Source: Octopus bimaculoides (lineage: Eukaryota). Taken from it: a stretch of 44,150 nucleotides of DNA. Shown piece after piece: positions 1 to 13,527 of the stretch. Numbering within the stretch: position 1 is the stretch's first letter; each line of letters opens with the position of its first letter. The position numbers and the translations under genes were made by a program. Location of the stretch: assembly GCF_001194135.2 (NCBI RefSeq), contig NC_068983.1, positions 110,839,412-110,883,561 of the forward strand. The letters run 5' to 3'. The notes under the pieces are model-generated. The model was not told where the DNA came from, made no database searches, and saw nothing but the letters and a program-made list of their open reading frames with translations.

Positions 1-39
<39 letters not shown>

Positions 40-40
40 C

Positions 41-198
41 ATGACGGGCTTCTTTCAGTTTCAATCTACCAAATCCACTCACAAGGCTCTGGTCAGCCCG
101 AGGCTATAGTAGAAGACACTTGCCCAAGATGCCACGCAGTGGGACTGAACCCGGAACCATGTCGTTGGTGGCAAGCTACTTACCACACAGCCGCTCCT
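41..198 (-). mobile_element. tRNA-derived CORE-type SINE, head half (octopus OR-like family)
   Basis: Minus strand reads A-box-like GGCTGTGTGGTAAG, B-box-like GGTTCAGTCC, then CATCTTGGGCAAGTG resembling the MIR/CORE motif. Closely similar copies lie at about 9480-9632, 20660-20823 and 23777-23903. Confidence 0.8.
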
Positions 199-797
199 AC
201 TATTTTTATAATCACTTTGATATCGAGTTTTTTATTCCCCGAAGCAAGTCGAAATCCAATGGAGGTTAATAAAAACACAAAATATACTTAGTTCTCTGCA
301 TACAGAGTGCTATCAATTGTTTCCATTTTGTTTGAACTTTAACTATTTTGAAGCAAAATTTTTAATTTTTCGCTCACCAAAGGCTAAGACATATTTTAAT
401 TTGAAGCTACCGCACCTGTATGATTGGGCCTTATCTACAACTGACCAGTTACATTTGAATTTACGAGAAGTTGTATCACACATGAACCGCTTACAAATCC
501 GAACTAGGTTTTTTTTCTTCAAGTCTGAAAAATGAATGTGATTATAAAGTTGGCTTACATAGCAATTCAGTTATTCTAGTATACGTTTTAGGTTCATCTG
601 TGTTGTTTGTTTCTCCTTTTGTGCGACACATCAAAAAGATACCGTTTAGAGGGAATTTACTTCCAAATCGACAGTTGCACGATAGGTATTAGTGAAATGT
701 TTCCCTATTGTTTCAATTTGTATTTGACGTATTATAGCATCTGATATAGCAAACAAAGTTCCTACCAGCTGAATAACTCATCTAAACAAAATTCGTT

Positions 798-838
798 ATA
801 CATACATACATGCATACATGCATACATACATACATACA

Positions 839-892
<54 letters not shown>
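798..892. repeat. (TACA)n/(TA)n compound microsatellite
   Basis: Tandem repeat visible directly. Confidence 0.95.
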
Positions 893-896
<4 letters not shown>

Positions 897-1922
897 TGAG
901 CTGAGGAAAAAGGTAATCTAGGTATATTAATTTGTACTGCTAGGTTAAATCCTGGTGTGCACCATGAAATGTTCCTTTTCATATTTACGTTTTATGCAAT
1001 ATGTGCTTAGTGTTTCTTAGCTCTTCATTATGTTAGCCAGCTGCCCTGTAAAATTATCTCCATCATTATGAAGACAGCCGATTACTTCAAAGGTTGTCGA
1101 CATAGTTCCTCAAGATGCTATGATTGCCTATGAATGCACGCTAATTTTTCATTTCATTTCTTATATGCTGTGAAATTATTATTCAGTCTCAAATTTATTT
1201 TTAGAAAAAGAACGGTAATAAAATGAGTATTTAAAGACACACGAAATCCTACATCCTGTAATTCTTTAGTTAAACTTTTCTAAATCTCTGTGACGAATGG
1301 CAGTAACAGTTTCTCGACAGAAGCAGGCTACAATCACAATATAAGCTACCATCAATTTACGGAATATATTGTCCAACACATCTAGAATATTTAGCACTAT
1401 TATTTTTCTCACTTTAGAGTATCATATGCTCTCGTAAACACATCGAAGAGTTCGCCTGAGCTTTTCTTAAGTCACGTATCATTACTGAAAAGCATGATTA
1501 ATTTACTTGCGTTTATAATCACGTTAACGTCACTAATAGAAGGTTTTATTTTTGCAAAATCTGAGTTCATCATTAATAAGGTGTTCGTTATTGAAAGATG
1601 AAAGTCGTCTAAATCTAGTAACGTAGATCTTCAGTTTTACTTTTAACCAGAAAAAATCATCTTCGTATTTTTAAGGCTTTGTTCCATAATCTCAATGAGG
1701 AAAGTCCTTCTTCCCTAAGAATGATTTTTCCAATACTATTTTATTAAAATATACCTAAATTCCAAACTAGTTGGTTTAATCAATATACACCTAATGTTTT
1801 TTCTTGAAGTTTGCTTAATGACTTTAAAGTATTTTAAATGAGAAACGAGCAGCCAAGCAATCCACTTGCGATCTATATTTGCTTTGCTGCTAACTCTTTC
1901 CACTTCTAGATCAATATATCTA

Positions 1923-2545
1923 CAGGATATTCGGCTTAAATTGGACAGTTTGCTGAACAGGGGAAGAAAACAATATCGCATTCAAAAATGAAAGTATTTC
2001 ATAAATAAAACAGTATCGGCTGGTTTATAGCTCGGAGATAACAGGTTTCTTAACGTGGTAGCCCTCAGCTGCTACCACAGCCTCAAGACGGCTCCGGAAC
2101 CAGGTGCGTACATTCCTCACTGTGTCACTAGGAATGATTTGGGTCACCAGCTTGACTTAGGCCACATGATTTTGACCACCAGCTTGGCTTTGCTTTTGCA
2201 GACAGAGTAGTTGGTGGCCTTCTCGAACGTATCCCATATATAGAAATACATGGGTTTATAATCGAGAAAATTAAGAGGCAAGAAACTAGTGAAGTAGAAG
2301 AGATTCTCCGACAACCACTTCTAACATTTTCTGGAGGTATGCTAAAGAGCTGGATTCTGCTGCCTCACATATGGCTTACAAGCAGCATCCCTCTCCGGCA
2401 GGGTTTGACCAAACTCTCCAGCAACTTCACATTTCCGCTTAAATTGAGCCTATCGCCCTGTCCAAAGATGTGGGGACGAATAAGGTCGTGCAATAAGAAC
2501 ATCTGTTGTGACCCTCTTTGCTGGCAACGGCTTCGTAGTCTTTGT
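1923..2545 (-). mobile_element. Tc1/mariner (maT, DD37D-like) transposase relic with one terminal inverted repeat
   Basis: Frameshifted minus-strand translation gives KPYVRQQNPA (QQDSA motif), IWDTFEKATNYSVCKSKAKLVVKI and FRSRLEAVVAAEG, the typical mariner/maT C-terminus. The end reads TA|CAGGATATTCGGCTTAAATTGGAC at 1921-1946, a CAGG-type terminal repeat next to TA. Confidence 0.75.
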
Positions 2546-2593
2546 TGGAATAGTTCATATATATGTATATAACCTTATGTAGTTTTAGGGATG

Positions 2594-2594
2594 T

Positions 2595-2680
<86 letters not shown>

Positions 2681-2760
2681 GTGAGTGTGTGTGTGTGTGA
2701 GAGTATGTGTCTGTGTGTAACTGTATATGTATATGTGTACATGGATATTTATGCACATAT
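2594..2760. repeat. (CA)n(TA)n(TG)n compound microsatellite
   Basis: Tandem repeat visible directly. Confidence 0.95.
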
Positions 2761-3209
2761 CGATACTCAAACATGTTTATTTCTGATGCAAAATTTGCTC
2801 AGTTTTGAATATTATTTAATAAGATAGCTTTGTCTGAGCAAGATCGTTTGTTACTGATAAACACGCTCTGATTTATTTCAGAAGATGAGTGTCTTGAGCA
2901 CAGCTTTTCCACAATATTTACATTTATACTTTAATTATATCCAGTAAGTTAGTGAAGGACAGAGTTAATGTCTTGATATACAATTAAGTTTCCATTGCAC
3001 TGGTTGTACAACGGAAAAATAAGGCTCGAGAAGATGAGTAGCCGACTCACTAATAAGGGCCATAAATTTGGCTAGATGTTATTGACTAAAACCCTAGAGT
3101 CTGTATCAATCAGTTCAGAGACCGATCACTGAAGTAGAAAGGCAGAAACAGAAAAAATTGTACACAGACACAGACACACGCACACACGCACGCACACACA
3201 CACACACAT

Positions 3210-3242
<33 letters not shown>

Positions 3243-4414
3243 CACACACATACACACGCATGCATTAATATATAAATANNNNNNNNNNATATATATATAT
3301 ATATAATGGCAAATACATATGTTTGTGTGTGCATGTATATATTTGTGTATGTTTATATGTGTAAATACATGAGGGGTGTATTTTAGATATAACTGTACGC
3401 TTTTAAATATAAATAATTTCTGTTATTTCAATGCTTTCTTTAATATGTGCTTATTAAATATATAATAATATTTTTTATATTTGTTACTGGAAAGAGTTCA
3501 GATGTCATATTTATGTGTTTGATGAGCGATTATTTATTCTTATGAGTGGATTATATTGCTATAGGTATTCATGTAACTGCATAAATAGCCTTCACATAAT
3601 GTTTTATATGCTCGTTGTAATCTGCTTATGGCCGTAGGTATGATTATACTTCAAAGTAAAGAGGCATTATTTTGATGATGCATTTTGCTGGCAAGTCATT
3701 TCTGAGCCGCCATTGTTTAGCTGTAGTGTATTAGCAGACAGCATTTTAACTGATAAACATATCCCTGTACCTTTTTAATATATGAAAATAAGGGTTTGCT
3801 GATGTCAAACTTTAATTGCATTAATATAGGTATGCACATACAAAAAACCACAGATATATAACTACAGACATATGGAAAAATACACACAAACATACACAAT
3901 ATGCATACATATAAATGAATATANNNNNNNNNNNNNNNNNNNNNNNNNNNNNNNNNNNNNNNNNNNNNNNNNNNNNNNNNNNNNNNNNNNNNNNNNNNNN
4001 NNNNNNNNNNNNNNNNNNNNNNNNNNNNNNNNNNNNNNNNNNNNNNNNNNNNNNNNNNNNNNNNNNNNNNNNNNNNNNNNNNNNNNNNNNNNNNNNNNNN
4101 NNNNNNNNNNNNNNNNNNNNNNNNNNNNNNNNNNNNNNNNNNNNNNNNNNNNNNNNNNNNNNNNNNNNNNNNNNNNNNNNNNNNNNNNNNNNNNNNNNNN
4201 NNNNNNNNNNNNNNNNNNNNNNNNNNNNNNNNNNNNNNNNNNNNNNNNNNNNNNNNNCCATATCTGTTTGATAAACGCCGAAAATATTTTTGCAGAAATC
4301 CTTATTTTATAGAGTACCATTTTATGAATTTACGCCTGAGTCATGGATGTTTTGTAAGAGTGCTTCAGCAAGCAGTTTTCCCAAACAGGCATGTTTAAAG
4401 GCAATTTAAATATA

Positions 4415-4637
4415 CAGTAATCCCTCAACTATCGCGGGGCTTACGTTCCAAAACACGCTGCGACAGGTGAAAATCCGCAAAGTAGAAACAGTACTGTGCT
4501 ATGTATCTTTTTTCATTATTTTCATAATTTGTATATATTCATATAATTATAAATGCAAAAGAACACCACGAATGAATCGACGTAAACTTCACTAATAAAC
4601 CGCGATAGGTGAATCGCGTTCTGGCGAAGGACTATTG
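4415..4637. mobile_element. Tigger/pogo-like MITE
   Basis: Left end CAGTAATCCCTCAACTATCGCG and degenerate inverted right end CGCGTTCTGGCGAAGGACTATTG. TA flanks both sides (4413-4414 and 4638-4639). AT-rich non-coding interior. Confidence 0.7.
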
Positions 4638-5539
4638 TATATGCTCAAGAATATATGGAACATTGTTGTTAAAGTAAAAATACGTTAAAAGTGTGCCAAC
4701 ACAAATACCTTAACACACTCACAAATCCACATATGCATAGAAATGCACGTATAAAAACATACATACCATTTAAATATATATGTATGTGTTTATAAACATA
4801 CATATACATATAAGTTTTATATGCGTATAATTTATATGCGTATAATATATGTACATCTATGTATATAGTATTATGTATATAGCTATATGTACTCAAACAC
4901 ATGCATATATGGTGTTATTATGCTTATATGCTTCCATAAACTTCATTCGTTTGCTTATAACTCTTTGATAAAGATAAACCTATCGTTTTCAGAAAATCTT
5001 ATTTTCTCAATATGTCAGGTGTGATAAAGCATTCATATGTGACATCTTTCTCGAAGAATCTTTTGTTTTGAAAATTTTTTTCGTATATTTTACTCAAATT
5101 AACGGAGTTGTAAGACTATGTACGTCATTTAGAAGTGTTTATTCAGGGTGACGACATTTAATAAATTTATCTTTAATGTTAGTGTCGTGATTTATAGATC
5201 TAAGCAAAATATTTCTGACTAGAAAATGTTCTCAGATAACTTGTGCATGAAAAGCGTATTGTAAAGTGATACCTAATATAGTGAATGAAATGAAGCTTCA
5301 TTACATAGAATTGCACTTTCAATGAAGACAAAAATCAAAAGTTTCTTTCATTAGCCTTTGTTAGGAGAGCCAAGAGGACAATGTAGCACCAAGGGGGTAT
5401 CAGTGTTGGTTTTGCAGTCCCTTGCAAATACTAATGTTTCCTGGGATCGTACAACAGAGCAGATCAGACAATACTTATTAAAATCATTCAAATACAAATA
5501 CAATATCCACAACATCGATATATAACAGTGATTACGGTA

Positions 5540-5850
5540 GATGTAAGAACCCAGGATAATGACCATATATTATCTCTTTCCATCAGAACTAAAGTTCAGT
5601 GTAAACTCTAATATTAAACTAGTTAATTTAGACACAAATTCGAACTGTATTGCAAACTTTCTGAAATACTAAAGCAGATGAAATGGAGCTCTTGACATAA
5701 GGTCATGATGGTACACCATCCGTATCATCACCTATTAAGTGGCCATTTTCTTAATGAGAACGAGGGAGTAAGACAGTGCTGTCCTCTTTTGAGTTTATTT
5801 CCGTGATATATGTTCACCTGGGTCCTTAGAAAGTCAAGGTGCTTCTTGGT
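5540..5850 (+). pseudogene. Highly decayed LINE reverse transcriptase fragment (RTE-like)
   Basis: Around 5745-5835 reads EGVRQCCPLLSLFP*YMFTWVLRK, resembling RT motif GVRQGCxLSPLLF...WVLRK. The remainder is too degraded to place. Confidence 0.4.
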
Positions 5851-6449
5851 AATATCTACCGCCATCTCATGTATATGTCTCTGTTTTGGGACAAGATATT
5901 AAATAACCATGAGCCCTTGAATCCCCAGCTATTGTAGTACCCCTAGTTCTTACCTTAAACCAGATGAATGGACATTTCGAACACTGCAGTGGTAGCCTGT
6001 TCAAGTAATGGCATACCTATCGATGCCAAAGTATAATGCCACCCTCTCTAGGATCTTCCATATCACCACATATATCCAAGAAGCAGAGTCGTAATTCTTT
6101 CAGTCTCTCTCAGTTGCTCAAGTGCTTCAGCGATGTAATCATTTTCGTGTAGCAATGCTCAACTATCTTAAGTTCCGCTATTAATTTGACATTGTAGGGT
6201 GACAATTATTGAGAACAGCAATCAAGAAGGCCATAGTGTTTCTTGAGCCCTTATATACGTAGGTTAATAGTTTTTTTTTATTTAGTGTTTTTTTCATTTG
6301 TCTTGGCCTTTTACAGTCTATTGTGTGGCTAAATTTTTTACTGAGAACATATTTTTCGCGGTTAGATGATTCGGCATCTATTTCTAGCATATAGGAGTCC
6401 ACTTTTGCTGGTCATTTTTCTTATTTTTAGTATATATATATACACACAC

Positions 6450-6501
<52 letters not shown>

Positions 6502-7245
6502 ATATATATATATATGTATATATATATATAAANNNNNNNNNNNNNNNNNNNNNNNNNNNNNNNNNNNNNNNNNNNNNNNNNNNNNNNNNNNNNNNNNNNN
6601 NNNNNNNNNNNNNNNNNNNNNNNNNNNNNNNNNNNNNNNNNNNNNNNNNNNNNNNNNNNNNNNNNNNNNNNNNNNNNNNNNNNNNNNNNNNNNNNNNNNN
6701 NNNNNNNNNNNNNNNNNNNNNNNNNNNNNNNNNNNNNNNNNNNNNNNNNNNNNNNNNNNNNNNNNNNNNNNNNNNNNNNNNNNNNNNNNNNNNNNNNNNN
6801 NNNNNNNNNNNNNNNNNNNNNNNNNNNNNNNNNNNNNNNNNNNNNNNNNNNNNNNNNNNNNNNNNNNNNNNNNNNNNNNNNNNNNNNNNNNNNNNNNNNN
6901 NNNNNNNNNNNNNNNNNNNNNNNNNNNNNNNNNNNNNNNNNNNNNNNNNNNNNNNNNNNNNNNNNNNNNNNNNNNNNNNNNNNNNNNNNNNNNNNNNNNN
7001 NNNNNNNNNNNNNNNNNNNNNNNNNNNNNNNNNNNNNNNNNNNNNNNNNNNNNNNNNNNNNNNNNNNNNNNNNNNNNNNNNNNNNNNNNNNNNNNNNNNN
7101 NNNNNNNNNNNNNNNNNNNNNNNNNNNNNNNNNNNNNNNNNNNNNNNNNNNNNNNNNNNNNNNNNNNNNNNNNNNNNNNNNNNNNNNNNNNNNNNNNNNN
7201 NNNNNNNNNNNNNNNNNNNNNNNNNNNNNNNNNNNNNNNNNNNNN

Positions 7246-7279
<34 letters not shown>

Positions 7280-7310
7280 TACTTACATATATATGTATAT
7301 ATATGCATAT

Positions 7311-7908
7311 TTGGGTATGCGAACAACGAGAGAAACAAATGGAAACCAAGGCAAGTAACATAAAGAACGACCCTTCATCAGTTGTCGGTTGTTAATCTAC
7401 TCTACATTTCGAGCAATTCACGACAACATGAAACTTCGAAAAACAGTTGCTCCTGCGAACCAAAATAAAATTTGAGCTTTGCGGTGGATTAAATTTTATA
7501 ACAAAAACAGGACAGGGGAAACATACAAAAAAAAACCGGAAAAAATATGTTGGGCCGTTAGGCGAGACGAGGTAAGCTAGCGAAAAGATAGACAAGAGAA
7601 AAGATAGGAGGCGAGACAGATAAGAATGCGTCTGGTCTGTGCGACAGAGTGAAGGAAGAGAAAGATGTCCACGTGAGAAAAAGATAGATGGACGATGGTT
7701 GCGTGTGAATAACCCGAGAGTGTAAAGGAGGAAGAGAGAGAGATAGAAAACTGAGTAGGGGACAAAAAAGAATTCGTGAAAGGAAGAGTGAGAAAACGAA
7801 AGGGGGAGAGACAGTACAGGGTAGAGTCGCCTCAAAATTATTAAGATAAATTTACTTGGAAATGTATACGTGGCGTTCAGTAATATAATAATATAAATAA
7901 TATGTATA

Positions 7909-8006
<98 letters not shown>

Positions 8007-8283
8007 TTGCATAAATAGATACATATATGTACATACATACATATATATGTATATATATGCATATATGTGTACAGGACGTCAGAAAACGTAAGGAACATGA
8101 ATTACGAAATCAACATTCATTACGAAGGCAAATTTGGGTATTGGAATAACGAGAGATACAAATGGAAAACAAGACAAGTAACATAAAGAACGACCCCTCA
8201 TCAGTTGTTGGCTGTTCCTCTACTCCAAATTTCGAGCAATTAACGACAGTATGAGTCTTCGAAAAGCGGTTGCTCACGCGAAC
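7311..8283 (-). repeat. Two diverged direct repeats of about 150 bp (7311-7461, 8131-8283) flanking a purine-skewed segment; possible Penelope-like pseudo-LTR pair
   Basis: Both copies share TTTGGGTAT...AACGAGAGA.ACAAATGGAAA.CAAG.CAAGTAACATAAAGAACGACCC.TCATCAGTTGT.GG...TTTCGAGCAATT.ACGACA...GCGAAC. The Penelope assignment is inference. Confidence 0.55.
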
Positions 8284-8383
8284 AAGTATATATATATATA
8301 TATATACATATGTATGTGTGCGCGTATCCGTGTGTGTGTGTTACTGTCCGTGTGTGTGTATATAAATACATGCATATATATAA

Positions 8384-8464
<81 letters not shown>

Positions 8465-9229
8465 NNNNNNNNNNNNNNNNNNNNNNNNNNNNNNNNNNNN
8501 NNNNNNNNNNNNNNNNNNNNNNNNNNNNNNNNNNNNNNNNNNNNNNNNNNNNNNNNNNNNNNNNNNNNNNNNNNNNNNNNNNNNNNNNNNNNNNNNNNNN
8601 NNNNNNNNNNNNNNNNNNNNNNNNNNNNNNNNNNNNNNNNNNNNNNNNNNNNNNNNNNNNNNNNNNNNNNNNNNNNNNNNNNNNNNNNNNNNNNNNNNNN
8701 NNNNNNNNNNNNNNNNNNNNNNNNNNNNNNNNNNNNNNNNNNNNNNNNNNNNNNNNNNNNNNNNNNNNNNNNNNNNNNNNNNNNNNNNNNNNNNNNNNNN
8801 NNNNNNNNNNNNNNNNNNNNNNNNNNNNNNNNNNNNNNNNNNNNNNNNNNNNNNNNNNNNNNNNNNNNNNNNNNNNNNNNNNNNNNNNNNNNNNNNNNNN
8901 NNNNNNNNNNNNNNNNNNNNNNNNNNNNNNNNNNNNNNNNNNNNNNNNNNNNNNNNNNNNNNNNNNNNNNNNNNNNNNNNNNNNNNNNNNNNNNNNNNNN
9001 NNNNNNNNNNNNNNNNNNNNNNNNNNNNNNNNNNNNNNNNNNNNNNNNNNNNNNNNNNNNNNNNNNNNNNNNNNNNNNNNNNNNNNNNNNNNNNNNNNNN
9101 NATATATATATATACATTTATATATATAAATATTTATATATATATATATACATGTATATTGTTATATAATATTTAACTCTTTCTTTCTCTCTCTGTACGC
9201 ATACATACACACATACACACGCACATATT

Positions 9230-9632
9230 CTTTTATTGTTTTACTCTTTTACTTGCTTCAGTCATTTTGACTGCGGCCATGCTGGAGTATCGTCTTTATT
9301 TGAGCAAATCCATCACAGGACTTATTCTTTGTAAGCCTAGTACTTATTCTATCGTTCTATTTTGCCGAACCGCTAGGTTACGGGGATGTAAACACACCAC
9401 CATCGGTTGTGAAGCGATGTTGGGGACACGCACACAAACATACACACACACACACACATATATAAATATTAATATACACGACGGGCTTCTTTCAGTTTCC
9501 GTCTACCAAATCCACTCACAAGGCTTTGGTCGGCCCAAGGCTATAGTAGAAGAGACTTGCCCAAATTGCCACGTAGTCAGACTGAACCGGGAACCATCTG
9601 CTTGGGAAGCAAGCTACTTCCCACACAGCCAT
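9230..9632 (-). mobile_element. Bipartite tRNA/CORE SINE with internal microsatellite (most complete copy)
   Basis: Head at 9632-9480 matches 41-198. It is followed by an internal (TG)/(TA) tract, then a 3' body ending CTCCAGCATGGCCGCAGTCAAAATGACTGAAGCAAGTAAAAGAGT, shared with the 20522 and 23560 copies. Confidence 0.8.
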
Positions 9633-9669
9633 ATGGGTATATACATACATAAATATGTATATATATATA

Positions 9670-9800
<131 letters not shown>

Positions 9801-11704
9801 GTATGTATATACGCACACACTAACTATACATATAAGCATATGTATATATGTATAAGAGAATGTATAGATTGAAATATAGTCTCAATGAAAATCCGATAAA
9901 ATCTTTATTACTCTGATAGTTTTGTTTGTCCAGTTATTTCCTGTATACTTATTGTTTTCCTATGAATAAATGACGCTGAAGTTTCTTACATCGAACTTAA
10001 TTTAGTACACCGTGTCTGAAAGTCAATGAGTTGTTATTAATGAATAGACGTTTTTAGAGAAAATGTGACTTAGGTGGACAACGAATACAGATACATTATT
10101 ATTGAAAGTAACACAAAGTCTAGTCTCTTAGGCTGGAAAAATATTACTTGTAAGACACAATGTGACCAGAAAATCAGCATGTATAACAAAGTAGACGGAT
10201 CAGTAAACAAAATCAAAATTAAGACCATCCGGTTATTGTCATATATATTGTCAGTGTCGCTTAACAAAACCCTCTTTGTAATCAGAACACAAGGATGTTC
10301 TCTTTCATAGTATAAGCATCATGAAGGCTTTACTGTAGCAAACAATAATATCGGATTTTTCTTATGCTGTCATCCAAGAGAAACACAATCCGCCATTGAG
10401 GAACGGTTGGTAGTTTTATAGGATTTTCTATATTGAAAATATGATTTCTAGGAAATATAGGTTTTGAGAAAACGAAGTGCATTAATATTAGTCAGAGGTA
10501 CATAAAAATCGGTGATGAGATATCAACTCGAAAGGACACACACACACACACACGCACATATATATACACACACACACTCACACACACACACACACACACA
10601 CAGTGATTTATCGTTGCATAAACTAAAACTGAAATACTTTTATAAATAAAAGAGGAAAAAGCAAATCTAGTTCATCTGTTTTGTATATTTAATTCTTTTT
10701 ACTATAGTTCATTGAACATTGATTTCATCTTCACTTTGAGGCTATTGTAAACGAAAGCTTAAAACCATTTTTGTTTACTCTATTATATGGAAAATACTCA
10801 AAACAGCATTTATATTATCGGCCCCGGTGAGTAAAACTAAGTTTAACTTTTGCAAGAAATGAAATTATAGAATACATTGACTAGCACTGTACAACGCGGC
10901 GTTTAGCACAGTATTCTAATAGTTTTTGGTGATTCATATCGCAACTTTAGAGAATAACTCTATAGATAATTTACTCGTGGCGAGTATTGTTTTTGAAGTC
11001 GACAGCAGCTTGTAATTGGTACGTTTCCATTATCCCAGAGGAATATATAATACACATTTTGCGACATAAGAAATCAGCTTTAAGAGAGACCAACATAATT
11101 AAATACTGTAAAGCATTTACCCACCTTTCTAGCATTTTTAATATTTCATTACAATGTTAATATGAAAAGACCAAAAAACATGAAGTGTGTAGCACAAGGA
11201 ATAACGAGTAAATGAAGTATCTAACAATAAGAAAATATCATGATAATGAAGATGTGAGACTGTGGTTAGAATACCCGAACGATTAAGAAAATGTTACTGA
11301 AATGAAGAAAATGGAGACAGAAATAGAAAATGCATCAAATAGAGAGAGAAATACCTGACAGGAAAGAAATGGTCGAAGTTTTGCGTGAAGAGTAAAAAAA
11401 AAAAAAGAAAAACGAACGGAACACTGAAATCATTTAAAGCTATATATTTCTTTCGAAGTATCTAATCTATATTCGTATGTAGCTGTGGAACTGAGAAATT
11501 TCAATCACCATAGTAACTAAAAGACTAGAATGTAAATGCTGTGAATGTTAGATGATGAAAAGGCAAGATTAGAAATTTGCTCTCCAGTTGTTCTAAATAG
11601 AGTTTAAAAAAAAAAAAGAAAATCAAGTGAAAAATACTGAATATAGAATTAATACTAAGTAGTTAACTCGTGAAAGATCGGAAATACTTTTTAGTAATTA
11701 TATA

Positions 11705-11811
<107 letters not shown>

Positions 11812-12318
11812 ATGCGTGCGCGTGCGTACATACGTACAAACATACATCCATGTGTGTCTGTTTGTGCGTGCTTGTGTGTGTATGTGATAGAGTACAAGTA
11901 AAGTAGAAGTTGCTCCTCATAAGCTCTAATCGTTACCCGGGTTCTATTTCCAGTTGAGGTTATTTTACTCGTTTTAGACGATCCTGCTTCCTGTCACGAA
12001 ACTGACGACCTTGCAGTTAACATTTCATAAAATTTAGGAGCAAATTCTGTGAATAAATTCCATGCATTTACAGACATTTTCCTTTCCTTAGGTTATTAAA
12101 TGCATCGGTTAACGTATGTTTGCTTCAACATAATTTTCCCTCTTACTGATGAATATGATGACGCAGGATATCCCAACAATGATTTTATGCGTATGCATGG
12201 GTATGTATGTGTTGCAATAAATATACAGATCTTCACTGAGTGATCATATAGATTCGGGTTTGATCGCAATATGCGGTGTATGCGGATTTGAATGACGGAA
12301 GCGATGTGGGAGCCCCTC

Positions 12319-12381
<63 letters not shown>

Positions 12382-12383
12382 TA

Positions 12384-12530
12384 ATGGTTTCAAATTTTGC
12401 CACAAAGGCAGCCATTCTGGAAGAAGAATGAGTCAATTACATCGACTCCAGTGTTTCACTGGTACTTCGACCGCAGTGTTCCATGGTACTTCGACTCCAG
12501 TGTATCACGGGTGCATTATTGACCTCATAT
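12384..12530 (-). mobile_element. 3' part of a tRNA-SINE (second family) with (ATT)n tail and an internal triplicated 24-25-nt unit
   Basis: Minus strand ...AGTACCAGTGAAACACTGGAGTCGATGTAATTGACT...GTGGCAAAATTTGAAACCATT(ATT)n. Homologous to 14945-15063 and 25861-26020. Confidence 0.65.
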
Positions 12531-12844
12531 ATGTGTTGCGTGTGTGTGTGAATGTGTGCGCGTGTGTCTACGCATTTCCATCTACTTAACTATAAGTTTT
12601 CTGCCTGCCTCTTTGTATGTATGTATGAATGTATGTATGCATGTGTGNNNNNNNNNNNNNNNNNNNNNNNNNNNNNNNNNNNNNNNNNNNNNNNNNNNNN
12701 NNNNNNNNNNNNNNNNNNNNNNNNNNNNNNNNNNNNNNNNNNNNNNNNNNNNNNNNNNNNNNNNNNNNNNNNNNNNNNNNNNNNNNNNNNNNNNNNNNNN
12801 NNNNNNNNNNNNNNNNNNNNNNNNNNNNNNNNNNNNNNNNNNNN

Positions 12845-13252
12845 TTTTTCCGTTATCATATTTCGGACCGGTGCCCACAGGGGAATTGTCAAACGTTGAA
12901 CAGGAATGGCGAATCTGACATTCTTGCTGCAGCCCATACATACATCAATCGATCGTTGTACATACAATCAATTCCTCCAGGACCATTGTGAGTCGAACAA
13001 AATTGTGATTGATGAACAGGTTGGTGGAAAGAAGCGAGTGTTGGGATGTGCCGAAGAACTTTTAGCGAGTAAAGCTGTACTGTCGGACGTAAGAGAACAA
13101 CGAAGAAACCTTGCGACAGTGTGGCTTGACTGTAAGAAGGCATTCGACTCTATCACTCATTCATGGCTGTTGAAGTGCCTACATCTGGCAAAGATACCTA
13201 CTATCTTAATTGCTGCTATAGAGAGACTCACAAAGACATGGACACCTATTCT
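12845..13252 (+). pseudogene. R4/Dong-type non-LTR reverse transcriptase fragment
   Basis: ORF 12906-13382 contains EQVGGKKRVLGCAEELLASKAVL...RRNLATVWLDCKKAFDSITHSWLLKCL, homologous to the RT at 40756-41199. Similarity stops at the element starting at 13253. Confidence 0.8.
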
Positions 13253-13467
13253 TACAGTTCTATATTTAAGAGACAAGGAATTACGTACATTATTTACATT
13301 TGACGGATATTTCTCCTCATCTTGTTTGTTGTTAACACGACGTTTCGGCAGATATACTCTTCAGCCTTCATCATGTGTTTAAGGGAAATTTCGAACCTGA
13401 GTTCTCATTCCGAAGGTATTATTAATATTATTATTATTATTGTTGTTGTTGTTGTTGTTCTTGTTGC

Positions 13468-13527
<60 letters not shown>

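Noticed and set aside
2882-2943. Candidate 62-nt exon (TTTCAG...GTAAGT; KMSVLSTAFPQYLHLYFNYI)
   Set aside because: Short, no recognisable protein and no partner exon; expected by chance.
12442-12515. CRISPR-like short repeat series
   Set aside because: Units are contiguous with no spacers, lie inside a SINE, the context is eukaryotic, and there are no cas genes.
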